This document shows, one piece after another, positions 39,358-51,312 of a stretch of DNA of 55,513 nucleotides. The position numbers were made by a program, and so were the translations under genes. The notes under the pieces were generated by a model, which was given only the letters and a program-made list of their open reading frames with translations, was not told the DNA's origin and did not search any database. The DNA comes from Octopus sinensis (Eukaryota): contig NW_021833721.1 of assembly GCF_006345805.1 (NCBI RefSeq), positions 1-55,513 of the forward strand. The letters are read 5' to 3'. The stretch's first letter is position 1; each line of letters opens with the position of its first letter.

Positions 39358-40143
39358 TATAGATGAAGAAATAAGGAAGTGTTGAGAGCAACGCTTGAGC
39401 CATGTGCTCTGCTCCTAGCCTGAAGGCCGGCAAAAGTGACAAGCAGTAACATTAACAGTCCATGGTGTTAATAGAAAAGGCAGAGCAAGGTTCATTTGGC
39501 AGAGAACAGCGTAAACAGAAAATGGATGTCGTTAATGGGTTGGGACTGAAATAAAGCTAGAAAATAGGCAAAAATGGTAATAAAAAGGTGGAGATCTTTT
39601 GCGTGGAATGGTGCTGAAGGCAGTTGCAGCAATTCACCACCTTACTTAGCAAAAGTAAATACTTTCTTTTGCTTAATTACAGTGTGATTCCACCAACTTC
39701 ATATACATATGTTGTGTGCGCGTGTGTATTTATGCATGTGTGTATTAATGCATGTGTGTATTTATGTATATATAAGAAGAAGAATATGAGGGGTTTAGTT
39801 CACTGGTGATCTAAAGTTCACAGCTGGGGGTGGAGCTAGGGATCCGTATTAGGCTTCCGAGTAAGCAGGAATATATTATATCAGAGGAAAAACGATGATA
39901 AAAGGGTTTTGTTCTCTTTACTCTAATATAATTACATATATATATATATGTGTGTGTGTGTATGTATATATATGTAAATATATATATAAATACTCATATA
40001 TATATATATATATATACACATATATATATACACACATATGTACATGCATACACATTATATACATATGTATGTGTGTGCGTATTACTGTATTGAACGTCTG
40101 ATTTGACTTCACTTGGTTACGTATATCTGAGTGTATGTTTCTC

Positions 40144-40317
<174 letters not shown>

Positions 40318-40446
40318 CCCACTTATGGTGCAGGATCATTAGCTATGTCGGAAACCGATATCATTAGGCAGGAGGTTGGCTACCGTTAGCAGTCTTACAC
40401 GTACACCACACACACACACACAAATACACACACACACACACACACG

Positions 40447-40481
<35 letters not shown>

Positions 40482-40638
40482 GGTATCGTTTCGATTTTCT
40501 ATTGATATCCATTACTCTTCCTTCACATACGCGACCACCATAAGCAATACCAAACGCTCTCCGTCATCACCCGCGCACACTCCACTCCATCGCTGCGGTG
40601 TTCCAATTAAAAGCGTATGCTCTGGATATCAATCCAAT

Positions 40639-40650
40639 TGCGCATGCGCA
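40639..40650. promoter_or_regulatory. Perfect NRF1/Ewg-type palindrome TGCGCATGCGCA in a CpG-richer, TE-free patch
   Basis: Motif seen directly; function is inferred. Confidence 0.3.
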
Positions 40651-41540
40651 TTTCGCCAGTATAAAATAAGCGGCTGATTTACTCGGTGTCCCGAAGAATA
40701 GTGGTGATTCGAAGGGGGAGGGAAGCAAACTTGCAGCGAATGTGTGTGGATCGATCTCTTGATGCCAATCAATCATGCTACAAAAAAAAACCTCCCCTAT
40801 CACGCGCACACGCACACACACACACACATACACACATACACACATACACATTCTCACACATGCAGACACACACCAACACCAACACAACCAAACACAGCCA
40901 CCAACACTCAACGGCAATACCAACACTAACACCACCAAAACATTTCGCCAACGCGAAATCATGTTTTTTTGTATTTTTTAGATGAGATTTTTTTATCTTT
41001 TTTTTTCCGGGCGGCGAGGTTCTGTATCTTTCGATTTCTCGGTTTTTCTTCCTTGAACGAATTCGTTAAATTAACGACGGTGCTGTGGCTGAATATTGAG
41101 TGGTTCTTGTAGTCTTGTGGCAACAATATAAGTCTGTAACAGTATTCTAGATGTAATATGGATTACATACGATAGATTACATACGTAATAGACCCGAGCC
41201 ACAGGATAAATAACAGCGTTGTTGTGGCTCACATCTTGACTGCAATTGTGCTATATCTACAGTATTGGTTCTTAAGATAGGGAGGGGTTCCATGCAAGCA
41301 AAATAGCAACGTGAGGGTCCATAGTAGTATTTTAAAGATTCAGGAAAAGCTTTGAATTAGATATATTTATGACAAGAAACAGTTTGGTTTCTTTCTCTGA
41401 CATTTTACATAGAACAGCCTACACAGGTGAATGTATTAAAAAGCAAAAGAGGAATTTTGAAAGAAGTATCTATGAAACTAGTTTTTAAGCATAGAATGGT
41501 TGTGGGGATCCACCAGAATAAAAGAGTAATCAAAGGGGTA

Positions 41541-41957
41541 CTCTTTTACTCTCTTTTACTTGTTTCAGTCATTTGACTGTGGCCATGCTGGAGCACCGCC
41601 TTTAGTCGAGCAAATCGACCCCAGGACTTATTCTTTGTAAGCCTAGTACTTATTCTATCGGTCTTTTTTGCCGAACCGCTAAGTTACAGGGACGTAAACA
41701 CACCAGCATCGGTTGTCAAGCGATGTTGGGGGGACAAACACAGACACACAAACATATACACACACATACTTATACATATATATGTACATATATACGACGA
41801 GCTTCTTTCAGTTTCCGTCTACCAAATTCACTCACAAGGCTTTCGTCGGTCCGAGGCTATAGTAGAAGACGCTTGCCAAAAGTGCCACACAGTGGAACTG
41901 AACCCGGAGCCATGTGGTTCGTAAGCAAGCTACTTACCTCACAGCCACTCCTACGCC
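41541..41957 (-). mobile_element. SINE family A
   Basis: Full-length reverse copy. Confidence 0.9.
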
Positions 41958-42000
41958 TCAGCGATAAAAAAAATTGCGGAGAAATATTGATCTACTGTGT

Positions 42001-42390
42001 GCACAGTAACAGTGTGATGACTACAGTGTAGAGCGTAAGTGTTGTGGCTACAGTATAGGGTAACAATATTGTGACTACAGTGTCAACAGCAAGTGTTATG
42101 GTTATAGTGTAGAGTAAGAGTGTTATAGCAACAGTGCAGAGCGTACGTGTTGTGACTACAGTGTCGACGGTAAGTGTTTTGACTACAGTGTAGAGTAAAA
42201 GTGTTATAGCTACAGTGCAGAGCGTAAGTGTTGTGACTACAATGTAGAATAACAGTGTTATGATAACAATGTAGAACGCAAGTGTTTGGCTACAATATAG
42301 TAAGTAACACTGTTGAGGCTAGAGTATATAGTAAACAATGTTGTGGTTACAGTGTAGTCAGTACTGACTACACTGTAGCTACAGTGAATT
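42001..42390. repeat. Degenerate 27-bp minisatellite (gactacagtgtagagcgtaagtgttgt), ~11+ units, ending in palindromes
   Basis: Ten consecutive 27-nt units from 42019; perfect palindromes at 42348-42377 and 42371-42386. Confidence 0.85.
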
Positions 42391-43117
42391 CTGACAACTG
42401 TGTAGTTTATAATATATACAGTGTTTTGTGTACAGTTTAGACAACACAGATACACTGCAGTGTAGTTTATAATAATGCTGTAGCCACCTTTTAGACAGTA
42501 TACAGTATACTAATAACTGTTACGATGAAGCCACAGATTTATGTCTTGATCAAGGAATGTATGGATATGATTTAAATGGTTTTTGATTATAGGTTTGTTC
42601 GTTCAAAGCTGGCCCATGGTTAAACAGCCACGATTCCATCATATCGTGACATTAGCGAAGAGGAAATACGTAATCTTGTTTCTTGTTATTTTATAGATAT
42701 ATTTTATATCGTTTGTTGTTACTTTGTTGTTACGTATTTATGTTTGTTTATGTTTGTTTATGTTTGTCTATGTTTATGTTCCTGTGCATCTGGGAGTGTG
42801 TGTGTGGTGTGTGAGTGAGTGAGTGTGTGTGAGTGCGTGTGTGTAAATGTGTATGCGCGATGGTGTGTATGTATGCGTCCTTGTGATGTATTTGTCCTTG
42901 TGATGTATGTGTCCTTGTGATGTGATTCTGGGTGTGAAGATAGTTGTCTATGTTTGTGTATATGCATGTGTGTGTGTCTGAGTGTGTCTATGTGTGTGTG
43001 TGTCCGAGTGTGTGTCTGTCTGTGTGTGCGCACGCGTATGTACGTGTGTAGAAATACTTGTGTAAATTTTGTACGAGTGCATTCCTGTACATGCGTGTAT
43101 GTATTTGTGTCTGAGAA

Positions 43118-43154
<37 letters not shown>

Positions 43155-43691
43155 GAGCGAGAGAGAAGGGGAGGGGAGAGAGAAGGCGTGTATGTATGAC
43201 TCTATTTAATTGAGATCACTCGAGGGAGATTCATATCGGACATCGGAAAAACACAGACATAAAATACTGAAGATCAATGACGATATAGACGGTGATATCG
43301 ATGATGGTGACAAATACAGAAGACGATAAGATTGTCGATCATCGTGACGATGGTGACAGCGAAGACGATAACGCTGTTGGTGATGATAGCAATGCAGATA
43401 GTAATGGCGGAATCACGCTGTTGCTTCATTTAGACGCAAAATGTTAATTTAAACTAGACATTAGATATTTCGAGGTGTACTTACCAGACAAGTGATTTGA
43501 TAGGATACCATGTGTTGAAACTAAAATGGCTACAGCGATGAAGAGATATATATATTAGCCATTCAAAAGCATTAAAAAAAATTATTAACTTTACAACATC
43601 TATTATTTGGGGTCAAAATTTTCAACAGCATGTTGGTGACTGACACCAATACACAATGGTGGCTGATATGTCTCCTACGTTGTGATATGTA

Positions 43692-43943
43692 CGAGAAGGC
43701 GTTGAAAAGTTCCTGGCTTTAGATAAAAGAAAATACAGGAGGATCAGTTAATTATGGTTTTTATTCAACATATAGGCGCAGGAGTGGCTGTGTGGTAAGT
43801 AGCTTGCTAACTAACCACATGGTTCCGGGTTGTCCCACTGCGTGGCATCTTGGGCAAGTGTCTTCTGCTATAGCCCCGGGCCGACCAATGCCTTGTGAGT
43901 GGATTTAGTAGACGGAAACTGAAAGAAGCCTGTCGTATATATG

Positions 43944-43995
<52 letters not shown>

Positions 43996-44337
43996 TGTGT
44001 TTGTCCCCCTAGCATTGCTTGACAACCGATGCTGGTGTGTTTACGTCCCCGTCACTTAGTGGTTCGGCAAAAGAGACCGATAGAATAAGTACTGGGCTTA
44101 CAAAGAATAAGTCCCGGGGTCGATTTGCTCGACTAAAGGCGGTGCTCCAGCATGGCCGCAGTCAAATGACTGAAACAAGTAAAGAGAGTAACATATCCTT
44201 TTTCCCCTCGGATTCACACACTTATTACAGCGGTTCTTCAGTTTTTTCTAAGCTCTGTAAAAGAACACGGAATATTCGGCCTCCAACCAGGCCTTTCGCG
44301 ACACCCTTAAAGCCAGGAACTTTTCAACACCTTTTCG
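43692..44337. mobile_element. Mariner-type MITE (~220 bp net) interrupted by SINE A
   Basis: TA|cgagaaggcgttgaaaagttcctggcttta ... taaagccaggaacttttcaacaccttttcg|TA. Confidence 0.85.
43774..44189 (+). mobile_element. SINE family A with 7-bp TSD
   Basis: aacatat at 43767-43773 and 44190-44196. Confidence 0.9.
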
Positions 44338-44673
44338 TAATACACTATAATGATAACCAGGTTATTAACGAAAAGAGTTATCCGATAATAACTACCACCA
44401 AAGTACACCAGGGAATACTATTAACTATATGACTTGATATGTCCAATGAGAAACAACGTCTCCTTGCAATGGCTTCCCGATACAGCGCACACTGCCATTT
44501 GTTTTGTAGTCACTCGAGAGATCTTGAGATCGCATCGATCAAGAAGCTCTAAGGAGCGATAGCCTCAATCACCTGCTTTGAACATCCTGTAAAGCAAATA
44601 CGTGCACACACACACACACACACATACATACATACATACATACATACATACATACATACATACATACACACAC

Positions 44674-44723
<50 letters not shown>

Positions 44724-44727
<4 letters not shown>

Positions 44728-45930
44728 GTCATCCCATACATAATGCGGTTTTTTTATATTTCTTTTATTTTTCAAGTTGTTTTTTAATCTAAAATATATT
44801 CTCCTTCATTTTCTGCAATGCTCTTCCATCTATCTGGTAGACTTGCAAGGCCCCTCTTCCAAAATTCACTTGTGACAAAATACTCCTCCCGTACTGCTCT
44901 GACCTCGTCTACAGAATTCATATTTTTTCCGTCCAAATGACTTTGAAAACTGTGTAATAAATGTTAATTAGATGGGGCAATGCCCAATGAATATGGTGGG
45001 TGGGACATCGTTTCCCATTCAAACTGCTCCAGGCTTTGGGATGTCATCCTCGCTATGTGTGGCCAAGCATTATTCTGATGGAAGAACACCTTTCGTATTG
45101 AAACCAAAGACGGTCGTTTTTCTTCTAGCGCTGACTTAAACCGCTTAAGCTGCTCGCAGTAGATCTCCTTTATTATCGTTTGGTTTGGGACTAAAAGTTC
45201 GAAGTGGGCTAAACCATTCAAATCCCACCAAACAGATAACAACACCTTACGTGGGTGAAGATTTTCTTTAGCCTGGAGTGCCAGTGTTTCTCCTTTCCCT
45301 AACCATTGTCTTCGGCGCTTAACATTTTGATAGAGAACCCATTTCTCGTCATCACTCAATATTTAGTCCAAAAGAAGGTTAATTCGTGAGACGTGACAGC
45401 AGAGAAGTGCACACATTCACTCTCTGCTCGCGATTAGACTCGGAAAGTTTGTGAGGAATCCATTGACCCAATTTGCTGACTTTTCCGATGGCACACGTGT
45501 CGATGAATGGTTGAATCCAAGCTTCTCTGATAGTTCCTCAACATGGGATTTTGTTCCAGCAGGATTTGCAGGACGTCCTCATCGAGTTCCATAGACCTTC
45601 CAGGATGAGGCTCGTCTTCTAGGCTGTAGTTTCCGGCTCGGAATTTCTGGAACCACCATTGACACTGGCTTACACTTATTGTCCGATCTCCATATACTGC
45701 ATTAATATTTCTCGCACTTTCCGTTACATTGTTGCCTTTATTGAACTCATAAAGTAAAATATGCTGAATATGCTATATTGTCAACTGTTAAAATCGAACT
45801 GCACTCTTCAAAACTTGCACTAAGAATAAGGATAAGGTAAAATTACTACCGGCTTTTATAGTAAGTTGATGCAGACAGTTTATCCCGTTCCTCTCCAACT
45901 TTTAGTTCATGCAATTGAAAAAAACGCTTT

Positions 45931-45933
<3 letters not shown>
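44724..45933 (-). mobile_element. Near full-length inactive mariner (Mos1/Hsmar-like DD34D transposase pseudogene)
   Basis: HILLYEFNKGNNVTESARNI, WFQKFRAGNYSLEDEP, WIPHKL, DEKWVLY, KVLLSVWWD, HQNNAWPH, HPPYSLGIAPSN*. The second and third catalytic Asp read as Asn. One TIR is intact at 44724 and the other is truncated. Confidence 0.9.
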
Positions 45934-46007
<74 letters not shown>

Positions 46008-46227
46008 TTATACACACACATACATACACACAAACATATATATATTCCGATGGCCAAAATTTCGATGTCACTGTCGATACTATTCTTGTTGAAGAATAGT
46101 GTGTTTATGCTTACATACATACGTACATACACACATATATACACACATACATGCATGCATGCATACATACATACATACATACATACATACATACATACAT
46201 ACATACATACATACATACATACATACA

Positions 46228-46258
<31 letters not shown>

Positions 46259-46259
46259 C

Positions 46260-46415
46260 TGAGGCCATAGAAATAAGAAACCACAGTATAGTAGAAGTCA
46301 TAGCCACTCATAATAAGGAGTACTGGCGTAAGTTCCCAGTGAAAACCTCAATAAAATGTACACATAATATATCTGATTTAGTGATCTGGGATAGAGAAGA
46401 TAGGGCTGTAGACAC
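46260..46415 (+). pseudogene. Second REL-retrotransposon fragment
   Basis: HNKEYWRKFPVKTSIKCTHNISDLVIWDRE, homologous to the region around 5940-6040. Confidence 0.6.
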
Positions 46416-47483
46416 CAGTGATATCCGTCTTTTCGTGTTTTCTTATGCATTCAGTATTATAGCACCACCAAACACAAACTCTGTACAGTATTTAACCAGT
46501 CTCGATCATTGTAACACCTCTTTTATTACATGATATTTTCAGTTTGTCAAAGATTGTGGATGATACAATTGTATCGTCACCTTATTTTGATAGTTTGGAA
46601 AAGAAAATCAGTAAGTGCTAGACTTTCATCCAGATCTGTCAGTTCTTTCGTGACAAATCCCAAAATGACGAAAAGAGTAAAGAATAGCAGTCTTGTCTTA
46701 TACAAACGCATACATCCATCAGTTAACTATCTATAACTGGCTATTGTCGTGATGTGCTCCTATAGTTCATATTATTTGGGTCTACACTTGTTCTCCTCAT
46801 CTTCTGCACAGCCTTCTGTCACAGAGTCGAAAGCAACTTTTAAGTCGATGACTTTGAAATGTAACGTTGTTTGAAGTTTTTTTTTTTTTTAATTCTTTTT
46901 CACTGACTACAAAAACGACATCAACTGTGCCTCAACTAACTTTAAAGCCTGACTGTTTTTCGTCAGTTATTCAGTTAAGCTTCTTATTCCGTGGAGGAGA
47001 ATTCTACTGAGTACATTCCCTGATGTTGATAAGAGGATAATTACTTTGAGTGATGGTACTGCTTTTTTCTTATTCAATTGCTGGATCTTGGAAAAGAATC
47101 AGTACCTATGGACTTCGCAGGTTCACGAAGACCAAGAAGAGTGTTACTATTAATGATTCGATTAAACTATTAAAAATCAGACCCACAGGAAAAACATAAG
47201 CAAAGAAGGAGAACCAGAGGCCCGACTAGAAGTGGGGAGGACTCGGTTTAGTGTTTAGTGTAGGGTCTTTGAGTGGATACAATATTTGTGATGAGAAAAG
47301 AAGAGATCAGTGCAACAAGAATGTCTAAATGAAGGTAACATGAGACCAGTCAATTCCAATGAACAGAAGCCATTATAGAAGCAAAGAGTGGATGCAGCCC
47401 GCTCTGTGGGCAGAGGCTGGGCATGACTTTTATTTCTTGCCTTTCTTCTTTTGTGGTGTCTTTTCTTTTTTCCATAATATACA

Positions 47484-47876
47484 CTTTTACTCTTTTACTT
47501 GTTTCAGTCATTTGAGTGCGACCATGCTGGAGCACCGCCTTTAGTCGAGCAAATCGACCCCAGGACTTATTCTTTGTAAGCCTAGTACTTATTCTATCGG
47601 TCTCTTTTGCTGAACCGCTAAGTTACGGGGCGTAAACACACCAGCATCTGTTGTCAAGCGATTTGGGGGGGGGGGGCAAACAGACACACAAACACACACA
47701 CACATATATATATGATGGGCTTCTTTGAGTTTCTGTCTACCAAATCCACTCACAAGGCTTTGGTCGGCCCGAGGCTATAGTAGAAAACATTTTCCCAAGG
47801 TGTCACGCAGTGGGACTGAACCCGGAACCATGTGGCTGGTAAGTAAGCTACTTACCACACAGCCACTCCTACGCCT
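47484..47876 (-). mobile_element. SINE family A
   Basis: Full-length reverse copy. Confidence 0.9.
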
Positions 47877-48495
47877 ATGTTCAATATTAATATGTCGTGT
47901 GTTGCGGTCTCATCTTACTTTTAGTACACTAGCACTTATGGCGTCTAGACAATAGACTTAACAGTTGTTCATCCGTCTTACTGATTTTTCTATTTCGTTT
48001 TTGTTATTTCCACATGAATATCAACATCAGAAGTATTATTCGAGATTTCTGATATGGCTTCCGGGTTATGTAAGACTTTAGTGAAGAGATGTTGTCCAAA
48101 ATGATATTTCCAATATAACGTGTTTCAGATCTGTATGTGTGTTAGTTTCTTTAACTTTGATTGCTCTTGAGTAAAGGTGCAAAAGCAGCTCCTACCTGTA
48201 TTTCAAACCAAATTTCCGTCTGCAAAAGATGTATTTATTGGTAAAGTTTAATAAGTGTAAAGTTTAATAAGTTCATGTGCCTCAGGGGGAAATGTTCCCG
48301 ATGTTTTCGAAGTGCTTTCTTCGGAGAGCGGGAAAAGATTATTTTTCATCCGTAGATCGAGAGGTAGTATACAAGATCTTATGGAGTAGGTATAAGAAAA
48401 ACTGTTCCGTTCCCCCAAAGATTTTTCCCATTGACTTTGTTGAAAAAGTTGGAAATTCTTCACCCAACGGCAAACGAACTTCAGAAATTTTACAT

Positions 48496-48539
<44 letters not shown>

Positions 48540-48718
48540 CATACGTACGCACACACACACGCACACACGCACACACACACACACATACGTACGCACACAC
48601 ACACGCACACACGCACTCACACACACAAACACACATACGCATGCAGACTTCAGACACGCAGAAACATTTTGGTAGCGTATGTACATATATGTACATATAC
48701 ATATACTATAAATACACA

Positions 48719-48789
<71 letters not shown>

Positions 48790-48791
<2 letters not shown>

Positions 48792-49135
48792 ACCCTCCTC
48801 ACTAGCACCCATCATCGACCCTATCGCATCATCAACTCCTTCACCTGCACCTCCAGCAATATTATCTATTGCGTCTCTTGCTCTCTCTGCCATTCCTTGT
48901 ACATCGGACAAACGGGACGCCGCTTGGCTGACCGGTTCGCGGAACACCTTCGTGACATCCACCTTGCGAACGACACACCGGTCTCACGCCATTTCCGCTC
49001 CACCGGTCACTCCTTGCAACACCTGTCTGTGTTCGGTTTGTCCTTACACAGAGGCCATCCGGATTCCCGTTTGCGCCGTGAACAGGAATTAATCTTCTCT
49101 CTTCGCTCTTATACGCCATTTGGTCTCAACTCTCC
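48790..49135 (+). mobile_element. Penelope-like element GIY-YIG endonuclease, 5'-truncated, frame intact
   Basis: FTCTSSNIIYCVSCSLCHSLYIGQTGRRLADRFAEHLRD...PVSRHF...GH...REQELIFSLRSYTPFGLN: IIY/YIG motifs, catalytic R and E, CCHH insert. A counted 60-nt sample was 62% GC. Confidence 0.9.
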
Positions 49136-49564
49136 CCCCTCCTCATCTAACCCCCATCTCTCCCCCTCCCCCTCCTCACCTACCTCCCCCGACCCCTACT
49201 TCTCTTCAGTCCTTCCATCCTTTCACCCCTACTCCCCTTCCCTTCTTCCTCTCTCCTCTTCTCTCCCTTCTTCCCTCTTTCTCCCTCCCTCCTCTCCCTC
49301 TTCCCCTTCCCTCTGCTCCCTCACTCCCCTTCTCTCTTCCCCTCTCCTCTTCCTCCTTCCTCCTCCCCTTCCTCCTCCCCCTCCTCTCCTCCCCCTGTCT
49401 CCCCCCTCCTCTCCCCCCCCCTCTTCTCTCTCCACACTACACCACACGACTTTACACATCAATCATATATGCATACACACGTCCAGACCTCTCATACGCA
49501 CTAATACTCTCTCATACACACACACACACACCCTTATGTTGGAGTAGGTCATTCAACCCTATTA

Positions 49565-49835
49565 TCTCCCCTAATTTCGCTCTCGCGTCTCATGTTTGAT
49601 CGTTGACTTCTGGCCGAAATCAGATCGCCATGTTGATTCGTTAGTTACTGCACGCATATTTTTTTCTCTCCTTCTTTCTGTGTTTTTTTTCTCTGTGTAT
49701 CTTTCTGTTGAAGAGCGTAGGCTCGAAACGTTAAAGACTTGTTTTATTATATTTCCTGAGCGCCATACTAATACAATTGTTTGTTTGTTTTCCACCTGCC
49801 TTCGTCTTTTGTCTATTTTCATAAAGCTTCCCTAT
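49565..49835 (+). mobile_element. Penelope-type terminal repeat (family P1) downstream of the GIY-YIG
   Basis: Homologous to 19020-19210 and 53440-53635. Confidence 0.65.
49700..49737 (+). ncRNA. Minimal type-I hammerhead-like motif (P1 copy)
   Basis: tcttt CTGTTGA a GAGC gtag GCTC GAAAC GT T aaaga; 5-bp stem I, GUU triplet. Confidence 0.65.
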
Positions 49836-49932
49836 ATATATATAATATATATATATATAAGATATATATAATAATATATATATATATATAATCTATATAT
49901 ATATGTATATTATATATATATATATAATATAT

Positions 49933-50392
49933 CACCTTGACCGACCAGTCCGTCGGGCGTCCATTTGAACGCTGTTCACTCTTCTCTGGATCGCGCCTTT
50001 CTCATTCACGTGATCCCAATCGTCCTCCTGAAATCGTAACTCCACCGTCGTGGAGGCCTTCCGAGTGGTCGTTTCCGTTCGTGCGAGTACCACTCGACAA
50101 CTGCGCGGGTCCACCGCTGCAGAGGCAGGGAGTCGAGGCGCAATATGTGCAACTGCTCAGGGAGGCAAATTCCGGATGCACCACCGACATAGCTCTGCTG
50201 TCATCACCCGTACGATGCCGGTCGAGAAGGGAGTGAAGCAAGGAGATACGATCTCCCCAAAACTTTTCACCGCATGTCTCGAGCAGATCATCAGAGGCAT
50301 CGACTGGCAAGGTAGTGTCAACATCAATGGCGAGCTCCTCACCCACCTCCGTTTCGCTAACGACATCGTAATCATCGCTGAAATCACGGATG
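49933..50392. mobile_element. GC-rich RTE-1-like LINE insertion with 5' inversion
   Basis: Minus 50119-49933 reads [27 protein letters not shown]...IT*MRKARSREE* (3' end). Plus 50117-50392 reads [14 protein letters not shown]..., then after a frameshift [22 protein letters not shown]...[13 protein letters not shown] (RT core). (TA)n lies on both sides. Confidence 0.85.
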
Positions 50393-50444
50393 TATATATA
50401 TATATATATAACAGACATGCATATACATATGTGTATATATGTAC

Positions 50445-50498
<54 letters not shown>

Positions 50499-50545
50499 AT
50501 ATATATACTGTGATATATACGTGTGTATGTATGTATATATATATT

Positions 50546-50583
<38 letters not shown>

Positions 50584-51139
50584 GTATCTTTGGTTTGTGT
50601 TTAGAGAGTGGGATATATTTTATACAGCTGACAGCATTGTGCCGAAGTGCAGAAGCATCTACACCTTGGTACTTGACCGGAAGAATAAACAGCTATAAAA
50701 ACTGGATCATTTCATATTAAAGAAATAAAACAGTAATGTTGTTGATTACGACGACGACGACGACGAGGAGGAGGAGCAGGAGGGGGGCACTTTTTGAACA
50801 TGTTGAACGCCATGTCAGATTTGATCTAATATGATGAAAGGATATCCAGCTGTGATTACTCTTCATTTTCCAGAAATTGTAAACAAGACTACTTATGCAC
50901 TTCTCTACCTTTTCTTTAAGACGGCAGTGTATAGTTTGAGGGCGATTTAACATATATTTCTAGCAGTTAGAACAACAACAAAGAAGTTCTCTTGCATGCT
51001 TGAATACCATATAATACCAGTAATATGATACGGTCATTTATACTCAACCTTTGCTTTGGAAAAACACGCTGACCTTGAGTGTAGTCGAAGTAATCAAAAT
51101 TCTACTCTCTCACTCCCAATCTCTGCTTATCTTTCTCCC

Positions 51140-51172
<33 letters not shown>

Positions 51173-51229
51173 CTATCTAACTATTTCTCTCTCTCTCATC
51201 TCTCATCTCTCTCTCTCTCTCTCTCTCTC

Positions 51230-51312
<83 letters not shown>

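Larger units (their letters stand above)
36770..39620 (+). pseudogene. Long decayed RTE-clade LINE (APE endonuclease + RT + 3' end), interrupted by nested SINEs
   Basis: NENGMLLISFCTANNVVI..F.HKNIHK, DVRAHQGADI, LDSLQRDEQAGFRR, IVEQ..FVEWKR.F, TDLDFADNI; after the SINEs EIRK...SHVL and RKGRARFIWQRT. Confidence 0.85.

Noticed and set aside
43270-43440. Asp-rich acidic coding segment
   Set aside because: A degenerate (GAT/GAC)n repeat that needs a frameshift and has stops.
48330-48440. SVDREVVYKILWSRY...VPPKI as an RTE RT remnant
   Set aside because: The resemblance is too short to call without an alignment.
49136-49547. Pro/Ser/Leu-rich extension of the 292-aa ORF
   Set aside because: Read-through into a polypyrimidine tract; homology ends at PFGLN.
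49960-50365. G-to-A changes in GA context (two TGG>TGA, GAC>AAC) suggesting cDNA cytidine deamination
   Set aside because: Only three events, with ancestral states guessed from protein motifs; not distinguishable from chance.
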